Source: a candidate division WOR-3 bacterium (GTDB lineage Bacteria; Hydrothermota; Tepidihabitantia; Tepidihabitantales; JBDRVQ01). Taken from it: a stretch of 41,150 nucleotides of DNA. How positions within the stretch are numbered: position 1 is the stretch's first letter; each line of letters starts with the position of its first letter. This document shows, piece by piece, positions 9,501-16,306 of the stretch. Where the stretch lies: contig JBDRVU010000002.1 of the NCBI GenBank assembly GCA_039802085.1, positions 1 through 41,150 on the forward strand, in the 5' to 3' direction. The position numbers and the translations under genes were made by a program. The notes under the pieces are model-generated. The model had not been told where the DNA came from, did no database searches, and was given only the letters and a program-made list of their open reading frames with translations.

Positions 9501-9685
9501 CCATCTTTGGACTTTTACCCTTAGCCTTAAAGATTGGCGAAGGGGCAGAACTCTGGTCGCCTTTGGGTCGGGCGGTAATTGGCGGAATGGTTATCTCAAC
9601 CTTTTTAACTCTAATCTTTATCCCGATTCTTTACACCAGTTTTGAGAAAGGAGCAGAAAGGAGAAAATTAAAGAATATTGAGTGA
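6596..9685 (+). CDS. efflux RND transporter permease (AcrB/HAE family)
   Basis: 1029 aa with the 12-TM RND layout and two large periplasmic loops. Conserved TM4 motif AIAVGMVVDNGIVVFE and TM10 VGVVVNNGIVYIDY. Confidence 0.95.
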   Translation: MKISDTAIRRPVTTAMIALGLILFGLVGISRMKIDLMPNVTLPQIVIATLYPGAGPLEVESEVTNLLEERLGTVANLRNIRSRSQEGISVIFLDFEWGINLDAVSSDIRDLLNLVEPSLPTEAGKPYVLKLSTSLMPVISLFISGNIPETELREIAEDCAQALQRVPGVAMVDVAGGVKKQVQIAVDLRELAALGITTDQFSLALKSQNLNFPVGSIASREQRYLIRLIGQYDDLEGIRNTPIGNKSGVPILVRDVAEVSWAPEEKESDVRINGKTGLFLTIQRRSDANTVSVAQAVREEMTKIKTTLPAGVEFGIFWDTSDFIKRSVNNVIRNILIGGILAIIVLFFFLGHLRPTMFVAFAIPVSIFFALFLMYLFGFTINILSMAGLAIAVGMVVDNGIVVFEAIFRHREWGESPIAAASIGAQEVSMAITASTLTTIAVFAPMLLLRGIIQVFFKELSWAIIFSLLASLGVALTLIPMLTSRFLKLQPLPSSPGDAGKRKPQLDFFRQITNFYRKTLDWAINHRRLVIILILILFIISLALIPIIGTEFVPEQKRRYTEIIAEMPVGSNLAVTNQAVQELERYITEKWQNELEGVTVQVGGGANIYAAVFGGGKVNSAEIGLILKENARRKIGDMEKDIQEKAKEIPGLVLYSSAARGFGTFFGGAPIQIDIIGEDLRIADSLTQLIIGTIETIPGVAEIKSSRERGDLEIQLIVDRQKSAFYGLSPYQIGSALRTQIAGQAITKYRLAGKEYDIIIRLTKEQREGVSEILGMTINSPFGAIPLRNLVRIITGTGPLAIEHKNSERIVSITANAVGQSAGRLAEKVGKAISPIIPPPGFTIKLSGSYEEMVKSFRDLSFAIILAIVLVFMVMAGQFESFRDPFIILFTIPLAAIGVLWMLFITGTTLSLISGVGMLVLVGVVVNNGIVYIDYVNQLRRKKSMSLEEAVKYGGEIRLRPILMTALTTIFGLLPLALKIGEGAELWSPLGRAVIGGMVISTFLTLIFIPILYTSFEKGAERRKLKNIE

Positions 9686-9703
9686 GATTGAAAATCCGCC
9701 TAC

Positions 9704-10579
9704 CTAAAAAATCTTTAATTCGCCTTCTTTGCTATAACCCCAAGGCATCGCTCGGGTGGTATAACCACTACCGATATTCCCCTTTCGGTCAATGGCGATA
9801 ACGCCAACATCTCTCAACCCTTTAATGGCAATAGCCACTGCCTTTTGGGCAGAAAATCGCTTCATTAAATCGCCGACCTTCTTACAGAGAAAAGAGCGGA
9901 TTAACTCTTCACCAACACCGGTGCCGACCGCTGCGCCATATTGACAAGCCCAGGTGCCCGCACCATAAATTGGTGTATCCCCAATCCGACCCGGTAGTTT
10001 ACCAGTATAACCACCGGTGGAATTAGCCGCTGCAAACCGCCCATAACGATCAAGGGCAACCGCACCGACTGTGCCTAAGGAAAGGTATCTTTTTAATCCC
10101 GGGAGATACCACAACTTTGGTCTTTTCCGTAGACGGGCTAATGCCTCCTTTGCCTTCTGAGTTATTGGGTTATAAGGGAGAAAACCCCAGAAGCGCGCCA
10201 ATTTCTTTGCCCCATCGCCAACAATTAAAAGATGGCTCGTCTCGGTCATTACCTTATAGGCAATATCAATTGGATGCCGGACATTTTCAATTGCTCCCAC
10301 CGCGCCGAATTTCCCATCAGAAGTCATCACTGCCGCATCCATTTGAATCCTGCCATCAATTGTTAGCGAAGAACCCTTTCCGCAGTTAAAAATTGGGTCA
10401 TCTTCCATTACCCGAATTGCTTCTAATACTGCTTTTAAGGCGCTATTGGTATTTTCCAATATTGGATAACTAATCTTTAATGCCCTTTCAATTCCTTTTT
10501 GTGCCTCAACTAAACTCTTTTCTTGCCAACGACCCGCACCGCCGTGAATCACTAAAAGAGAAGGAAATCTCTTTTTCAC
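9704..10579 (-). CDS. iaaA: isoaspartyl peptidase / L-asparaginase (Ntn hydrolase, plant-type asparaginase family)
   Basis: 291 aa. LVIHGGAG N-terminus, autoproteolytic site SLGTVGAVALD (Thr nucleophile), and GTGVGEE. Confidence 0.9.
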   Translation of the reverse strand: MKKRFPSLLVIHGGAGRWQEKSLVEAQKGIERALKISYPILENTNSALKAVLEAIRVMEDDPIFNCGKGSSLTIDGRIQMDAAVMTSDGKFGAVGAIENVRHPIDIAYKVMTETSHLLIVGDGAKKLARFWGFLPYNPITQKAKEALARLRKRPKLWYLPGLKRYLSLGTVGAVALDRYGRFAAANSTGGYTGKLPGRIGDTPIYGAGTWACQYGAAVGTGVGEELIRSFLCKKVGDLMKRFSAQKAVAIAIKGLRDVGVIAIDRKGNIGSGYTTRAMPWGYSKEGELKIF

Positions 10580-10582
10580 CCC

Positions 10583-10831
10583 CTACTCGGTAAAAATATA
10601 GACTTCCCCTTCTACCCCGAAGGGTCTCAGTGCCCCAATAATATCACTGGCGGTAATACCAGAAGGGACATCAATCTGATGAAGAAAGTGATGGGAACCG
10701 CTTGTTAGGGTATATTCGCAGTTAATTCTTATTCCCATTTCCTGAAGGACTAAAGTGGCTTTTGTTGGCCATACCGGACTGGAGCCGGGTGGTGTATTTT
10801 TTATTATACTTAAAAGAATCTCTCTTTGCAT
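10583..10831 (-). CDS. hypothetical small protein (82 aa from the SD-preceded ATG)
   Basis: The track ORF is 10583..10861. I prefer the internal ATG at 10831 (MQREILLS...), which follows GGAGGTaat and lies 1 nt after the GYD stop. No recognisable family. Confidence 0.5.
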   Translation of the reverse strand: MQREILLSIIKNTPPGSSPVWPTKATLVLQEMGIRINCEYTLTSGSHHFLHQIDVPSGITASDIIGALRPFGVEGEVYIFTE

Positions 10832-10832
10832 A

Positions 10833-11117
10833 TTACCTCCAGGACTGTAAAAATTCATCAATCGGTATCGCTGGAAAGGTAGTAATTTCTAATGTTCCCC
10901 GGGAACCTAACTCCACGGAGATTTTGGCAATCACTTCATTACTGGGGGCGGAAACGATATTCAAGAAGTCATAGGAGCCTAATAGGGCATACTGGGAAAC
11001 AATTTTTGCGCCCATTGCCTCCACTTCCCGGTTTACCTCTTTTAACCTTTCTGGATTTTCTTTCAAGGTCTTTCTACCCTCATCGGTTAAACGCGTCAAT
11101 AAAAGATAATAAGGCAT
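10833..11117 (-). CDS. GYD domain-containing protein
   Basis: MPYYLLLTRLTDEGRKTLKENPERLKEVNREVEAMGAKIVSQYALLGSYDFLNIVSAP...: size, the N-terminal M-x-YxxL-x-LTdeG motif and the central G-x-YD match the GYD family. The start is set at the ATG at 11117, which follows GGAGGTGgat, rather than the track start at 11132. Confidence 0.75.
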   Translation of the reverse strand: MPYYLLLTRLTDEGRKTLKENPERLKEVNREVEAMGAKIVSQYALLGSYDFLNIVSAPSNEVIAKISVELGSRGTLEITTFPAIPIDEFLQSWR

Positions 11118-11267
11118 ATCCACCTCCAACACTAATTATAGAAAAATAAATCAGAAAGTCAACAATAATTTTTTCTAAAGATCGCCCCTAATCTAAAATC
11201 CTTAAAATTTTATAATTTCCTAAGAAAGCTTATGATTTATCTGTGATTTAGAGAGGCAAATGCCTAT

Positions 11268-11295
11268 TTGACTTCCCAAAGATTCTCAGTATCAT
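11268..11295 (+). promoter_or_regulatory. sigma-70-type promoter of hppA: TTGACT-16-TATCAT, with a conventional leader
   Basis: TTGACT(11268-73) tcccaaagattctcag TATCAT(11290-95). It is followed by a leader of about 35 nt containing AAGGAGAGG before ATG 11336. Confidence 0.55.
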
Positions 11296-11335
11296 TGGAG
11301 TTCTTAATAAATATAAAGTTTAAGGAGAGGAAAAA

Positions 11336-13435
11336 ATGAATATATTTTATCTTGTTCCTTTCTCTTCCCTTATCGCACTCCTCTTTGCCCTCATCTTTGC
11401 TTTGAGAATCTTAAAGAAGGATGAAGGAACAGAGGAGATGAAAAGGATTGCAGAGGCGGTAAAGGAAGGAGCTCAGGCTTATTTGAAAAGGCAGTATCAG
11501 GTTGTGAGTATCTACTTTCTTGTCCTCTTTATCATCTTAATCTTTTTGGCTCTTAATCATCTTCTTCCCATCTTTGTTCCCTTTGCCTTCTTGACCGGTG
11601 GTTTCTTTTCTGGCTTATGTGGCTATTTGGGGATGTCAATCGGTGTCCGTTCTTCGGCGCGTACGACCCAGGGCTGCCGAAAATCGCTCAACGCCGGTTT
11701 AAGGATTGCCTTCTCTTCGGGAATGGTGATGGGACTAATCGTTGTTGGTTTTGCCCTTTTAGACCTCTTTATCTGGTATGCTATCTTAAACCTTGTCTAT
11801 AAAGGTTTACCAGTCGCCGACCGACTTGAAAAGATTGTCTCAACGATGCTCGGCTTTGGTATTGGTGCCTCTTCCCAAGCCTTATTTGCCCGGGTTGGTG
11901 GTGGTATTTTCACCAAGGCAGCGGATGTTGGTGCGGACCTAGTGGGGAAGGTAGAAGCCGGTATTCCAGAAGATGACCCAAGAAATCCCGCAGTGATTGC
12001 CGATAATGTCGGAGATAATGTCGGAGACATCACCGGGATGGGTGCCGATTTGTATGAATCTTATGTTGGCTCAATCGTTGCCACAATGGCACTTTCCGTT
12101 GCCTGCGGCCTGGGAGAAAAAGGAGTCCTTCTGCCAATGGTTATCGCCAGTGTCGGCACCATCGCCTCAATTATTGGTAGTTTCTTCATCCGGACCAGAG
12201 AAACCGCCACCCAGAGTGCTTTACTCTCCGCTTTAAGAAAAGGAATCTATGGAACTGGCATTTTAATTCTTATCGCCTCTTTCTTTTTAGTTCAGGCAAT
12301 TTTGGGCAGAGAATATCTCTTTATCTATTGGGGCGTTTTAGTTGGTACCCTATCAGGTATTTTAATTGGCTTTACCACCGAATATTTTACCTCCGATGCC
12401 TATCCCCCAACCCGTGGCATCTCTTATGCGGCAAAGACCTCAACCGCCACAGTCATCATTGAAGGTCTATCGGTCGGGATGCGTTCCACCTTCCCTTCGG
12501 TCCTCATCGTTGGGATAGCGATTGTTTTAAGTTTCTATCTCGGCGGTGGCTTCTCCAATCTAAATCTTGGACTTTACACCATCGGCTTAGCCGCGGTGGG
12601 CATGCTTTCCACTTTAGGAATAACCTTAGCCAGTGATGCCTATGGTCCGGTCGCGGACAATGCTGGGGGGAATGCGGAAATGGCAAAACTTGAACCTTAT
12701 GTCCGAGAGCGAACCGATGCCCTCGATGCCTTAGGTAATACCACAGCGGCCACGGGCAAGGGTTTTGCCATCGGCTCCGCGGCTTTAACCGCCTTAGCCC
12801 TGATCGCCGCGTACCGGGATGAAGTTTGGCTTATCAGTGGCAAGACAAAAGTAGTCAACTTAAATCTCTTGGATGCCCGAATCATCGCTGGGATATTCAT
12901 CGGTGCGATGCTACCATTTCTTTTCAGTTCCTTCATTATGCGGGCAATCGGTCGCACCGCAGGATTAATTGTAGAAGAAGTGCGGAGACAATTCCGGGAA
13001 ATAAAAGGGCTCCTCGCTGGTGACCCAAACGCCAAAGCGGATTACGGAAGAGCGGTCTATATCTGCACCGCCGGTGCCCAAAAGGAGATGATTCTTCCTT
13101 CACTTCTGGCAATCATCTCGCCAATTTTGATTGGCCTCTTTTTAAGTGTGGAAGGGGTTGTCGGTCTCCTCTGTGGTGCCTTAACCTCTGGTTTTGCCTG
13201 CGCGGTGATGATGGCTAATTCCGGAGCGGCCTGGGACAATGCTAAAAAGTATATTGAGAAAGGAAATTTAGGAGGCAAGGGTTCCGAAGTGCATAAGGCA
13301 AGTGTGGTTGGTGATACCGTTGGCGACCCATTAAAGGATGCCGCTGGTCCTTCTCTAAATATCCTAATCAAATTAATGTCCATGGTCTCAATCGTCTTTT
13401 TGGGCTTCATCTTGAAATATGCCTTGTTAAAATAA
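11336..13435 (+). CDS. hppA: membrane-bound pyrophosphate-energised cation pump (M-PPase), K+-dependent-type signature
   Basis: 699 aa, polytopic. Diagnostic motifs: GGGIFTKAADVGADLVGKVE, DDPRNPAVIADNVGDNVGD, DAYGPVADNAGG, GDTVGDPLKD. The GNTTAA variant (Ala, not Lys) is present at 12734-12751. Confidence 0.95.
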   Translation: MNIFYLVPFSSLIALLFALIFALRILKKDEGTEEMKRIAEAVKEGAQAYLKRQYQVVSIYFLVLFIILIFLALNHLLPIFVPFAFLTGGFFSGLCGYLGMSIGVRSSARTTQGCRKSLNAGLRIAFSSGMVMGLIVVGFALLDLFIWYAILNLVYKGLPVADRLEKIVSTMLGFGIGASSQALFARVGGGIFTKAADVGADLVGKVEAGIPEDDPRNPAVIADNVGDNVGDITGMGADLYESYVGSIVATMALSVACGLGEKGVLLPMVIASVGTIASIIGSFFIRTRETATQSALLSALRKGIYGTGILILIASFFLVQAILGREYLFIYWGVLVGTLSGILIGFTTEYFTSDAYPPTRGISYAAKTSTATVIIEGLSVGMRSTFPSVLIVGIAIVLSFYLGGGFSNLNLGLYTIGLAAVGMLSTLGITLASDAYGPVADNAGGNAEMAKLEPYVRERTDALDALGNTTAATGKGFAIGSAALTALALIAAYRDEVWLISGKTKVVNLNLLDARIIAGIFIGAMLPFLFSSFIMRAIGRTAGLIVEEVRRQFREIKGLLAGDPNAKADYGRAVYICTAGAQKEMILPSLLAIISPILIGLFLSVEGVVGLLCGALTSGFACAVMMANSGAAWDNAKKYIEKGNLGGKGSEVHKASVVGDTVGDPLKDAAGPSLNILIKLMSMVSIVFLGFILKYALLK

Positions 13436-13493
13436 AATAGTTCATTATAATAAGCAATGAAGCAATTTCTTAGAAAGGTCATAAGGGAAAAGG

Positions 13494-13521
13494 TTGACAT
13501 TTTCTAAAAATACTTTATAAT
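13494..13521 (+). promoter_or_regulatory. perfect consensus sigma-70 promoter TTGACA-16-TATAAT with no downstream ORF
   Basis: TTGACA 13494-13499, a 16-nt spacer, TATAAT 13516-13521. The next 340 nt on this strand contain no ORF of 60 aa or more. The next gene (13862) is on the opposite strand. Confidence 0.65.
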
Positions 13522-13591
13522 ATAATAAACTAATTACTAAATAAAACCTTGGTCTCCAGAAAAAGGGAGGGGTTTATCTTTATAAAATCGG

Positions 13592-13798
13592 GTGAAGCAT
13601 ATAGGGGATGGTATCGGGGATCTAATTTAGGGTCTAAACCTCGGCTTAATAGATAGTCTAACCTTTGATTTAATCCCGAGTCTTATTAAGGATTTAACCT
13701 CCGGGGTAAAGGAAGGGGTAATAACAGAAATAAATGGAAGTTTAATCCCAAGTCTAACTGGGAGGATAATGAAAGGTCTAATCTGCGGTCTAATATAA
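13592..13798 (+). repeat. short-motif repeat island / decayed reading frame (possible ncRNA body)
   Basis: GGTCTAA at 13631, 13775 and 13787. AGTCTAA at 13655 and 13751. TTTAATCCC(G/A)AGTCT(T/A)A at 13669 and 13741, 72 nt apart. CTAATTT at 13622. One frame is open from GTG 13592 to TAA 13796 except for a single TAG at 13628-30: VKHIGDGIGDLI*GLNLGLIDSLTFDLIPSLIKDLTSGVKEGVITEINGSLIPSLTGRIMKGLICGLI. Confidence 0.4.
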
Positions 13799-13861
13799 GA
13801 GGTAATTAAGTAGCTAAAAGAAAGAATAATAGGGGTGATAAGTCAATCATTCTGGTTGTGC

Positions 13862-14158
13862 CTATTTTTTCTCTTTTAGGTTCTGATATTCTTTCTCTTT
13901 CTTCTTCAATGCCTCTTCCAGTTGCTTTATCTCTTCAACTATCTCCTTAACCTTTAGGTTTTCTTCAATCCTCTCTTGGTTGGTGAGAAGTTGATAAATA
14001 AGACCACCCAATTCGGTGAAATGTTCCTTAATGGAACGGTTTAGGGATAGAATTTGCATTTTTACCCGACCTCTTTTTGTTAAGTCTTCTGCTTCCTTTA
14101 ATGCCTGTTCGGTTGTATCCTCTAACCAAGATTTTACCTTATCCCAGAGTGATGCCAT
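13862..14158 (-). CDS. small coiled-coil protein (phasin-like / hypothetical)
   Basis: 98 aa, highly charged and helical (MASLWDKVKSWLEDTTEQALKEAEDLTKRGRVKMQILSLNRSIKEHFTELGG...). Last gene of the minus-strand operon. Confidence 0.6.
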   Translation of the reverse strand: MASLWDKVKSWLEDTTEQALKEAEDLTKRGRVKMQILSLNRSIKEHFTELGGLIYQLLTNQERIEENLKVKEIVEEIKQLEEALKKKEKEYQNLKEKK

Positions 14159-14166
14159 ATTCCCTC

Positions 14167-14454
14167 CTATTTTACTTTATTTACTTTATCTTCCATCGTC
14201 TGGCACTTGTCCCGCCGGTCATCAATTTTAATTGTCGTCAAAAGCCTTTGACAACCCATCTTGACGAGAACCTCGTGGATTTTTAAGATGAGGTCAAAGA
14301 TTTCTTTTAGGTCTCCTTCAATTGCAGTTCCCATCGGTGAGATAGAATACTTTAAGCCACTTTCCTTAATTATCTTTACCGCCGCCCGAACATATTCACT
14401 CACCCCTGGGGTCTTTGTCCCAATTGGCACAACACTCAAATCAACAATTGCCAT
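14167..14454 (-). CDS. MTH1187/YkoF-like (UPF0045, DUF77) thiamine-binding-type small protein
   Basis: 95 aa. MAIVDLSVVPIGT...SEYVRAAVKIIKESGLKYSISPMGTAIEGDLKEIFDLILKIHE matches the MTH1187 family pattern. GAGGAGGG SD upstream. Confidence 0.75.
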   Translation of the reverse strand: MAIVDLSVVPIGTKTPGVSEYVRAAVKIIKESGLKYSISPMGTAIEGDLKEIFDLILKIHEVLVKMGCQRLLTTIKIDDRRDKCQTMEDKVNKVK

Positions 14455-14480
14455 ACACCCTCCTCTAAGAAATTGGGTAT

Positions 14481-14597
14481 TTATCCCTGCCGTTGTTTAT
14501 GAGTCGGGTCTCTCTTACAGATGACCCGCACCACTCCTTTTCGTTTAATGAGACGGCAATGAACACACCTTTTTTTTACGGATGGTTTAACCCTCAT
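14481..14597 (-). CDS. rpmJ: 50S ribosomal protein L36 (38 aa; missing from the ORF track)
   Basis: My minus-strand translation is [38 protein letters not shown], with the C-x2-C...C-x5-H zinc-ribbon pattern and the KHKQRQG-type C-terminus of L36. AGGAGG lies 6 nt upstream, and the gene sits directly downstream of infA as in the spc/alpha cluster. Confidence 0.93.
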   Translation of the reverse strand: MRVKPSVKKRCVHCRLIKRKGVVRVICKRDPTHKQRQG

Positions 14598-14615
14598 AAG
14601 TTCCTCCTATCATTT

Positions 14616-14834
14616 TTATTTATAGCGATAGACTATCCTCCCTCGGGTTAAATCATAAGGGGAGAATTCAATCGCTACCCGGTCTCCGGGGACAATCTTA
14701 ATAAAATGGAGGCGCATCTTGCCCGAGATATGAGCCAGAACAATATGGCCATTATCTAACCTTACCCGAAACATAGTATTCGGTAACGCCTCAACCACTG
14801 TCCCATCAAGCCGGATTAAATCCCTTTTAGCCAC
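14616..14834 (-). CDS. infA: translation initiation factor IF-1
   Basis: 72 aa. [52 protein letters not shown]...[15 protein letters not shown] is nearly canonical IF-1. GTG start overlaps the map stop by 8 nt. Confidence 0.97.
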   Translation of the reverse strand: MAKRDLIRLDGTVVEALPNTMFRVRLDNGHIVLAHISGKMRLHFIKIVPGDRVAIEFSPYDLTRGRIVYRYK

Positions 14835-15576
14835 TAGTTAAAATCTCCGGTTCCTCTTCGGTCACGAGTACCGTATGCTCAAAATGGCAAGAAGGTAATC
14901 GGTCTTTGGTAATAATTGTCCAACCATTATTTAAGGTCTCGGTCTCGGGTGAACCTAAATTGACCATTGGTTCAATTGCCAGGGTCATTCCCGATTTTAA
15001 GAGAACTCCTTTCCCTTCCTTTCCGAAGTTCGGAATTACTGGTTCTTCGTGAAGTTCAATCCCAACGCCGTGTCCGGTCAATTCCCGAACCACAGAAAAA
15101 CCCGCCTCTTCTACCTTCTTTTGAATGGCAAAACTAATATCGCCAACCCTTTTTCCTTCCCGTGATTTCTTAATACCCAAGGTAAGTGCCAAAGCGGTCA
15201 CCTCAATCAGTTTTTGCACTTGAGAATCTACCTTTCCTAAGGTGTAGGTCTTTGCCCCATCAGCAAGATAACCGTCTTTTATCACACCAACATCAACTTT
15301 AATAATATCTCCCTCTTTTAATCTCCGACCGTTGGGGATGCCGTGAACAATCTCTTCGTTTAGGGAGATACAGACCGCACCGGGAAAACCCTTATATCCC
15401 TTAAAGGCGGGAAGACCACCCCGCTTTCGGATTAAAGTTTCACAAAACTGCTCCAATTCCTTTAAGGAGACACCCGGTTTTATCCTTCCCTCAATTTTTG
15501 TTAAAACCTCCGCGACAATCTTTCCCGCCTCTTTAATCTTTTCTATTTCTTTTTTAGACTTTATGTAGATCGGCAT
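14827..15576 (-). CDS. map: type I methionine aminopeptidase
   Basis: 249 aa. [16 protein letters not shown], metal ligands in [27 protein letters not shown], and LAIEPM...EHTVLVT. Confidence 0.95.
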   Translation of the reverse strand: MPIYIKSKKEIEKIKEAGKIVAEVLTKIEGRIKPGVSLKELEQFCETLIRKRGGLPAFKGYKGFPGAVCISLNEEIVHGIPNGRRLKEGDIIKVDVGVIKDGYLADGAKTYTLGKVDSQVQKLIEVTALALTLGIKKSREGKRVGDISFAIQKKVEEAGFSVVRELTGHGVGIELHEEPVIPNFGKEGKGVLLKSGMTLAIEPMVNLGSPETETLNNGWTIITKDRLPSCHFEHTVLVTEEEPEILTSG

Positions 15577-16208
15577 CCTTCAATAATTTCCCGCATCTGT
15601 TCTTGAATCTCTCCCTTCTCTCCGGAAACCCGATAGAGAACCCCCTTTTTCTCATAAAATGGGACTAAATCCTTTATCTCTTCTTGGTAGATTAGAATTC
15701 TTTTTCTTATCGTCTCCTCTTTGTCGTCTTCCCTTTGGTAGAGTTCACCCCCGCAGAGGTCGCATCTCCCTGAAACCTTTGGTGGTTTAGACTCTAAATT
15801 ATAAATCGCTTGGCATTGCCGGCAGACCCTTCGGGTTGTCAGGCGGCGGATAATTTCCGCTTCGGTAATTTCAAAAAGAAACAAAAAAGAGATTTCTCTA
15901 TTTAAATCCTTAAGGATTTTATCCAATCCTAAGGCTTGATTTAAAGTGCGGGGGAACCCATCAAAGACAAACCCCTTACCCTTATCACTCCGCAAACGGG
16001 TAGCAATCGCTTCCAAGACGATTTCGTCCGGCACCAATTTTCCGGTTTCCAAAAATCCCTTCACCTTCTTCCCTAAGGCACTTTCTTTTGCTACTTCGGA
16101 GCGAAAGATATCTCCGGTAGCAATATGGGAAAGGGAATAGCGCTTAATTAGAAATTCCGCCAAAGTTCCTTTCCCACAGCCGGGTGGGCCTAAAAGAATA
16201 ATTATCAT
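15561..16208 (-). CDS. adk: adenylate kinase (Zn-lid type)
   Basis: P-loop MIIILLGPPGCGKGT and LID CRQC...CDLCGG. The track start at 16217 (MRDM...) overlaps the -10 hexamer, so I place the start at the second ATG (16208). That gives the canonical Adk N-terminus. Confidence 0.93.
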   Translation of the reverse strand: MIIILLGPPGCGKGTLAEFLIKRYSLSHIATGDIFRSEVAKESALGKKVKGFLETGKLVPDEIVLEAIATRLRSDKGKGFVFDGFPRTLNQALGLDKILKDLNREISFLFLFEITEAEIIRRLTTRRVCRQCQAIYNLESKPPKVSGRCDLCGGELYQREDDKEETIRKRILIYQEEIKDLVPFYEKKGVLYRVSGEKGEIQEQMREIIEGCRST

Positions 16209-16215
16209 ATCCCTC

Positions 16216-16243
16216 ATTATAAAAGAAAATCTTTTTCTGTCAA
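16216..16243 (-). promoter_or_regulatory. sigma-70-type promoter of the adk operon: TTGACA-16-TATAAT, ATG 7 nt after the -10
   Basis: The reverse complement reads TTGACA(16243-38) gaaaaagattttcttt TATAAT(16221-16) gagggat ATG(16208). Leaderless geometry. It is back-to-back with the HEAT-gene promoter in an 89-bp intergenic region. Confidence 0.6.
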
Positions 16244-16271
16244 TTGGGAATTATGAAGTCCGGTAAATAAC

Positions 16272-16300
16272 TTGACCATTTCCCTTTTCTCCCTTAAAAT
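16272..16300 (+). promoter_or_regulatory. sigma-70-type promoter: TTGACC-17-TAAAAT, ATG 6 nt after the -10
   Basis: TTGACC(16272-77), a 17-nt spacer, TAAAAT(16295-16300), taaatt, ATG(16307). No SD. Confidence 0.55.
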
Positions 16301-16306
16301 TAAATT

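Noticed and set aside
13057-13500. A 147-aa minus-strand ORF spanning the hppA 3' end and the intergenic promoter region.
   Set aside because: It is mostly antisense to hppA. Its start would lie inside the consensus + strand promoter, and the translation is low-complexity.
13592-13798. The in-frame TAG at 13628 could be programmed read-through or pyrrolysine recoding of a small gene.
   Set aside because: The GTG has no SD. No pyl genes or PYLIS-like context are visible. The peptide is low-complexity. A decayed frame or a non-coding repeat is more parsimonious. It is kept only as a note under the island finding.
14201-14215. TGGCACTTGTCCCGC, a second sigma-54-like site with correct GG-N10-GC spacing.
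   Set aside because: It lies inside and antisense to the MTH1187-like coding sequence. The -12 element is CCGC rather than TTGC, and no UAS-like palindrome lies upstream. It is probably chance. TGGCAC at 34473-34478 lacks a -12 GC and sits inside the sRNA candidate.
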